DNA of 11,058 nucleotides from a virus (Duplodnaviria; Heunggongvirae; Uroviricota; Caudoviricetes): IMG/VR virus record IMGVR_UViG_2695420763_000009; one strand, 5' to 3'. Shown piece by piece: positions 7,427 to 11,058 of this stretch (position 1 is its first letter; each line of letters starts with the position of its first letter). The notes under the pieces were generated by a model. It saw only the letters and a program-made list of their open reading frames with translations, ran no database searches and was not told where the DNA came from. The position numbers and the translations under genes were made by a program.

Positions 7427-7768
7427 ATGTTATTGTCTTCCTTTTTTTTGAATGGCGCGCGTATTTTACATACATGAGTTTGTAATACAAGGTGCGTAAT
7501 CAATATGATGTTTTATAATTGCGTGAGACAATTGATTTATTCGTTTTTTATTGCGGTTTTTATTATCTTTTAATGTAACGGTGTTTTTATTAAGTGTGTT
7601 TGCGTGGTGTTTTATGTTTTTTTATAATTTTTATTTTATTAAATTTAAAAGCATTAGTAATGGCTATTCTATATAGCAATATAAGAACTGTTACAAAAAA
7701 AGGGGGGGCAATTACAGGTAGTTATGGATGATGAGTGAAACAGATATTGGAGAACCGGGGAATGAATG

Positions 7769-7888
7769 ATGTCTGAGTCTTATATATCAGAACTCCTTCG
7801 CTGTCGCTGGGGGCTCCTGTGCTTATGTCGTTTCCCCGATTCGGTTTTGAACGATTACCGAATGTTGAAGAATTATGCCAAAATATAG
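7769..7888 (+). CDS. Candidate small upstream ORF (39 aa, Cys-rich)
   Basis: ATG 7769 preceded by GGAGAA/GGGG (7749-7760); MSESYISELLRCRWGLLCLCRFPDSVLNDYRMLKNYAKI; ends 15 nt before the ATG at 7903. Below the ORF-track cutoff; overlaps the alternative 7819 start of the next gene in another frame. Confidence 0.2.
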   Translation: MSESYISELLRCRWGLLCLCRFPDSVLNDYRMLKNYAKI

Positions 7889-7902
7889 AAAGGATTTACT
7901 GC

Positions 7903-8592
7903 ATGAATACCCAATATTTACAGTATGTTCGTGAGCAACTTATGGCAGCTACTGCTGACTTGAACGGAGCAACGAAAGGCCAGCTCGAAGCCTGGCAGGA
8001 GCATGCACAATTTGATACTGGTACATACAAACGAAAGAAGCCGCGCATTCTGGATGTGGTAACTGGCAAGATGATTACGCTGGATAATACGCCGACTTCC
8101 GGTAAGCAGTCGTACGCAAAAGGTTCATCCATTGCTTTGGTCAGCCCGGTTGAATTCTCAACCTCTTCATGGCGCCGCGCGGTTTTGTCTCTCGATGAAC
8201 ATCAGAAAGCATGGTTGCTTTGGTGTTACAGCGAAAGCGTTCGATGGGGGCATCAGGTCACCATAACGCAATGGGCATGGAGCGAGTTTAAAGATTTGTT
8301 AAGTAACAGAAAAATTGCAGGTAAGACACTGGATCGCCTGAAGACGTTAATCTGGCTGGCTGCACAGGATGTGAAGAGCGAACTTGCAGGGCGTGAGGCC
8401 TATGAATACCAGACACTGGCATCATTGGTGGGAGTGACAACAAAAAACTGGTCCGAGACATTTACTGAACGCTGGGTTGCAATGAAGCACATTTTTCTAC
8501 AGCTTGATAGTGATGCTTTATTGCTTGTGACGAGAACACGTTCAAAACAAAAGGCAGCATTTTTACAGCAAAATATTGCAAAACTGGATTAA
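7903..8592 (+). CDS. Hypothetical protein, possibly a Q-like late-gene antiterminator
   Basis: 229 aa from ATG 7903 (SD AAGGA 7890-7894, 8-nt spacing); alternative in-frame starts at 7819/7825 give 257 aa. Sits where lambdoid phages carry Q, after a truncated lambda Q, but has no Cys4 zinc motif. Function not established from sequence. Confidence 0.35.
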   Translation: MNTQYLQYVREQLMAATADLNGATKGQLEAWQEHAQFDTGTYKRKKPRILDVVTGKMITLDNTPTSGKQSYAKGSSIALVSPVEFSTSSWRRAVLSLDEHQKAWLLWCYSESVRWGHQVTITQWAWSEFKDLLSNRKIAGKTLDRLKTLIWLAAQDVKSELAGREAYEYQTLASLVGVTTKNWSETFTERWVAMKHIFLQLDSDALLLVTRTRSKQKAAFLQQNIAKLD

Positions 8593-8637
8593 AAGCCATA
8601 TACTTCATGCAAATTTGGTATGTTGTAAAAAATGTAT

Positions 8638-8664
8638 AAACCCGCTGCCGAGTGGGTTTTTTTT
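8638..8664 (+). terminator. Intrinsic terminator downstream of the 229-257 aa gene
   Basis: Stem AAACCCGC (8638-8645) pairs with GTGGGTTT (8652-8659) with one G-T wobble, 6-nt loop TGCCGA, followed by a T-run to 8664. Confidence 0.6.
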
Positions 8665-8736
8665 ATGCCCTGAGTTGTACTTGTACGGTAAACATGCTGG
8701 CTGCTATGTAATAGAGTTTTTTTAGCCTGTAACCTC

Positions 8737-8790
8737 TTGACGGCATTGAATTGCTTTTGTTATGAGTTGTAAGCCAATGTTATCATCTTG
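8737..8790 (+). promoter_or_regulatory. Candidate promoter for the membrane-protein gene
   Basis: -35-like TTGACG 8737-8742; alternative -35 TTGTTA 8758-8763 with 17-bp spacing to an extended -10 TGtTATCAT 8778-8786. Transcription start not determinable from sequence. Confidence 0.3.
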
Positions 8791-8803
8791 TATTGGGGTG
8801 GTT

Positions 8804-9520
8804 ATGAAGGATGGTGCGCTGCTCAGGAGTTCTTCACTTTTTATTGCCTACATGGGATGCCTTGGATGGGGGAGTGCTTATTTCTATGGATGGGGTACTT
8901 CTTTTTACTACGGCTTCCCATGGTGGATTGTAGGTGCTGGTGTTGATGATGTTGCCAGAAGTTTATTTTTTGCAGTTATCGTCATTGCTATATTTCTTAT
9001 CGGTTGGGGTATTGGTGTTGTATTCTTTTTCGCAGTGAAAAGAAAACATTCTATGCAAGAGCTAAATGTATTTCGCCTTTATTTTGCTGTGGAATTATTG
9101 TTTGTGCCGGCAATTATTGAGTTTTCTATATTGAGACAGAAGATTCAGGTACCTCTTTTGCTACTGTCAGCAGCGATTGCGCTGGCGGTTACAATTTCGA
9201 TAAGATCTTATGGGCGATTTTTATCGGTATCATGCTTCTATGATAAGCCATTTATAAAAAAACATTTTTTTGAGATTGTGATGATTGCTTTTGTGGCATA
9301 TTTTTGGCTTTTTTCATTTCTGACAGGATATTACAAACCACAGTTTAAGAAAGAATATGAAATGATTAATTATAATGATGGTTGGTATTATGTTCTTGCT
9401 CGTTATGATAATTGTCTGGTTTTGTCTACTTCTTTCAATGCAGGTAGTAAAAGGTTTGTCATTTATCAATCAGCACAAGATAAGAATCTTCAGGTTGATA
9501 TTGTAAGGACCAGAATTTAA
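8804..9520 (+). CDS. Hypothetical multi-pass inner-membrane protein with C-terminal soluble domain
   Basis: 238 aa from ATG 8804 (GGGGTGG upstream); about five hydrophobic segments (e.g. LFFAVIVIAIFLIGWGIGVVFFFAV, VPLLLLSAAIALAVTISI, FFEIVMIAFVAYFWLFSFLTGYY), Gly/aromatic-rich N-terminus, about 60-aa hydrophilic C-terminus. AT-rich codon usage; no recognisable motif. Upstream in-frame ATGs at 8762/8777 lack an RBS. Confidence 0.6.
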   Translation: MKDGALLRSSSLFIAYMGCLGWGSAYFYGWGTSFYYGFPWWIVGAGVDDVARSLFFAVIVIAIFLIGWGIGVVFFFAVKRKHSMQELNVFRLYFAVELLFVPAIIEFSILRQKIQVPLLLLSAAIALAVTISIRSYGRFLSVSCFYDKPFIKKHFFEIVMIAFVAYFWLFSFLTGYYKPQFKKEYEMINYNDGWYYVLARYDNCLVLSTSFNAGSKRFVIYQSAQDKNLQVDIVRTRI

Positions 9521-9653
9521 TTGGCTGCATAAATAATATTTTAAGTTGCAAGTTGGCTATTCGTAGGAATAGAACCTTAGGCATGCTGAATGCGTTTTCT
9601 GAACATTGTTTTATAAACTGTGTCTGCTTGCTGTTGTGATCCTGCTTTTAGTG

Positions 9654-9764
9654 ATGGTGATGATGGATTTCACCAGCAGGATAATGTTGGTACTGACTGA
9701 TGGCGCTCTGGTCTGCGGCATTGTGGTATTGCTGTGGCCGATGATGAAAGAACAGAATGAATAA
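9654..9764 (+). CDS. Candidate small hydrophobic protein (36 aa)
   Basis: MVMMDFTSRIMLVLTDGALVCGIVVLLWPMMKEQNE: a single predicted transmembrane segment with a charged tail; weak RBS; ends 4 nt before the -35 of the downstream promoter. Not in the ORF track (short). Confidence 0.25.
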   Translation: MVMMDFTSRIMLVLTDGALVCGIVVLLWPMMKEQNE

Positions 9765-9767
9765 TTC

Positions 9768-9800
9768 TTGACTTTTTTGTTTACTGTTTATTAAAAAATC
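9768..9800 (+). promoter_or_regulatory. Candidate late promoter (pR'-like)
   Basis: -35 TTGACT 9768-9773, T-rich spacer, -10-like TAAAAA around 9792-9797 (similar quality to lambda pR' TAAATT); an inverted repeat CCTCC-TT-GGAGG at 9816-9827 lies just downstream; located about 180 nt upstream of a strong terminator and ahead of the first late-region gene. Confidence 0.4.
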
Positions 9801-9949
9801 AACCGCATGGTGAATCCTCCTTGGAGGGGCTAAATGATCGAGTTTTAAGGGCACGTAGCGAGTTCTGTTTGATCATTGCAGAACTTAGCGGGAGGCGCCA
9901 TGCGTACATCACTAGTGTTATTCCTTTTATCATTTTCCTTGTGAGTTCT

Positions 9950-9976
9950 GGCTGCGCATTGCGCAGCCTTTTTTTT
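9950..9976 (+). terminator. Strong intrinsic terminator (tR'-like) upstream of nanS-p
   Basis: Perfect 8-bp stem GGCTGCGC / GCGCAGCC with loop ATT (9950-9968) followed by T8 (9969-9976). Confidence 0.8.
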
Positions 9977-10062
9977 ATGACCTGCCACTGGCAGATGGTC
10001 ATCCTGTGATTTGATTCCGCTTCCGGCTTTTTAACTCTGTTCCTCTACACGGGAGAAATTCG

Positions 10063-11058
10063 ATGTCGATTAAACATTACGATGTTGTCAGGGCGGCGTC
10101 GCCGTCAGACCTTGCGGAAAAGCTGACACACAAACTGAAAGAGGGCTGGCAGCCATACGGCGGACCGGTTGCCATTACGCCGTACACACTGATGCAGGCG
10201 GTGGCTATTGAAGGAGAGCCACAGGTCGGCCCTTCATCTGAGCCGGATTGGTACTACGTCATCGTACTGGCCGGGCAATCCAATGCCATGGCTTACGGTG
10301 AAGGGCTTCCGCTGCCGGATTCATACGATGCTCCGGATCCGCGCATTAAACAGCTGGCGCGCCGCAGTACAGTGACGCCGGGCGGGGCTGCCTGCAGATA
10401 TAACGATATTATTCCGGCTGACCACTGTCTGCATGATGTGCAGGATATGAGTACGCTGAATCATCCGAGGGCTGACCTGAGCAAAGGGCAGTACGGCTGT
10501 GTCGGCCAGGGTTTACATATTGCCAAAAAACTGCTCCCGTATATCCCGAATAACGCGGGGATCCTGCTGGTACCATGCTGTCGTGGTGGTTCGGCATTTA
10601 CCCAGGGCGCGGAGGGGACATTCAGCGAGTCCACGGGGGCCAGCCAGGATTCGGCACGCTGGGGGGTGGGCAAGCCGTTATATCAGGATCTGATTTCCCG
10701 CACAAAAGCGGCATTGCAGAAAAATCCCAAAAACGTTCTGCTGGCCGTCTGCTGGATGCAGGGTGAGTTTGACATGAGCGCCGCCACCCACGCACAGCAA
10801 CCTGCGCTGTTTACAGCCATGCTGACACAGTTTCGTGCTGACCTCTCCGTGTTTAACGCGCAGTGCCATGGTGGCAGTGCTGCAGATGTGCCGTGGGTTT
10901 GTGGTGACACGACGTATTACTGGAAAAATACATACGCTACCCAGTACGACACCGTGTACGGCGGGTATAAAAACAGGGAGAGTGAGGGCGTTTATTTTGT
11001 GCCCTTCATGACAGACGGTAACGGCGTCAATACCGCCACTAACGCGCCGGCAGAAGAT
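10063..11058 (+). CDS. nanS: Prophage sialate O-acetylesterase NanS-p-like (N-terminal DUF1737 domain plus SGNH-type esterase), 3'-truncated by window end
   Basis: ATG 10063 with RBS GGGAGAAA at 10051-10058; open frame runs to the window end (332 codons). N-terminus MSIKHYDVVRAASPSDLAEKLTHKLKEGWQPYGG matches the DUF1737 domain seen at the start of Stx-phage nanS-p genes; GQSN block in VLAGQSNAMAYGEG is typical of SGNH esterases such as NanS/YjhS. Not in the ORF track because no stop lies within the window. Confidence 0.8.
   Translation, partial: MSIKHYDVVRAASPSDLAEKLTHKLKEGWQPYGGPVAITPYTLMQAVAIEGEPQVGPSSEPDWYYVIVLAGQSNAMAYGEGLPLPDSYDAPDPRIKQLARRSTVTPGGAACRYNDIIPADHCLHDVQDMSTLNHPRADLSKGQYGCVGQGLHIAKKLLPYIPNNAGILLVPCCRGGSAFTQGAEGTFSESTGASQDSARWGVGKPLYQDLISRTKAALQKNPKNVLLAVCWMQGEFDMSAATHAQQPALFTAMLTQFRADLSVFNAQCHGGSAADVPWVCGDTTYYWKNTYATQYDTVYGGYKNRESEGVYFVPFMTDGNGVNTATNAPAED

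Noticed and set aside
9556..9571. Small hairpin CTATTC-GTAG-GAATAG as a terminator
   Set aside because: Short AT-rich stem with no following T-run on either strand.
9648..10009. ORFs 9648-9854 (-), 9799-10002 (-) and 9821-10009 (+) in the late leader region
   Set aside because: They run across the promoter-like element and the strong terminator hairpin; His/Pro-rich or low-complexity translations; the region is better explained as a regulatory leader.
9977..10062. Shiga toxin genes or tRNA genes between the tR'-like terminator and nanS-p
   Set aside because: Only 86 bp separate the terminator from the nanS-p start; no ORF of stx size and no tRNA-like T-loop motif is present.
10409..10910. 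Short ORFs on both strands overlapping nanS-p (10409-10597, 10461-10673, 10499-10693, 10575-10766, 10678-10869, 10683-10910)
   Set aside because: Out-of-frame or antisense within a GC-rich gene with recognisable esterase motifs; typical GC-driven artefacts.
1..11058. CRISPR arrays, insertion sequences or integrase
   Set aside because: No regularly spaced direct repeats, no transposase- or integrase-like ORF, and no terminal inverted repeats flanking the AT-rich island were seen.

Overview
This window reads as the early-right arm of a mosaic lambdoid prophage, running from the immunity region to the first late gene; no single new system can be claimed from sequence alone. All identifications rest on reading the translated ORFs against remembered phage proteins; no database search was run. 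From left to right: a P22-type immunity module (c2 repressor on the minus strand, operators, cro, c1), then lambda-type replication genes O and P with ren. O is broken by a frameshift inside the origin iterons, of which only three copies are present. A nin-region operon follows (ninB, a small DNA adenine methyltransferase, ninE, a ninX-like ORF, ninF, a small unknown ORF, ybcO-like, rusA, ninH), with most gene junctions sharing an ATGA start/stop overlap. A lambda-type Q gene is cut off after about 20 codons and fused to an AT-rich cargo island (about 6.3-9.8 kb). The island carries a minus-strand outer-membrane protein that matches my recollection of the lipid A 3'-O-deacylase LpxR, a 229-257 aa protein of uncertain identity (possibly a Q-like late regulator), and a 238 aa multi-pass membrane protein with its own promoter and flanking terminators. 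The multi-pass membrane protein and the small ORFs around it are the most likely place for undescribed biology. A late-promoter/terminator-like leader then precedes a partial nanS-p-type sialate O-acetylesterase gene that runs off the window end. No stx genes, tRNAs, CRISPR arrays or transposases were seen.
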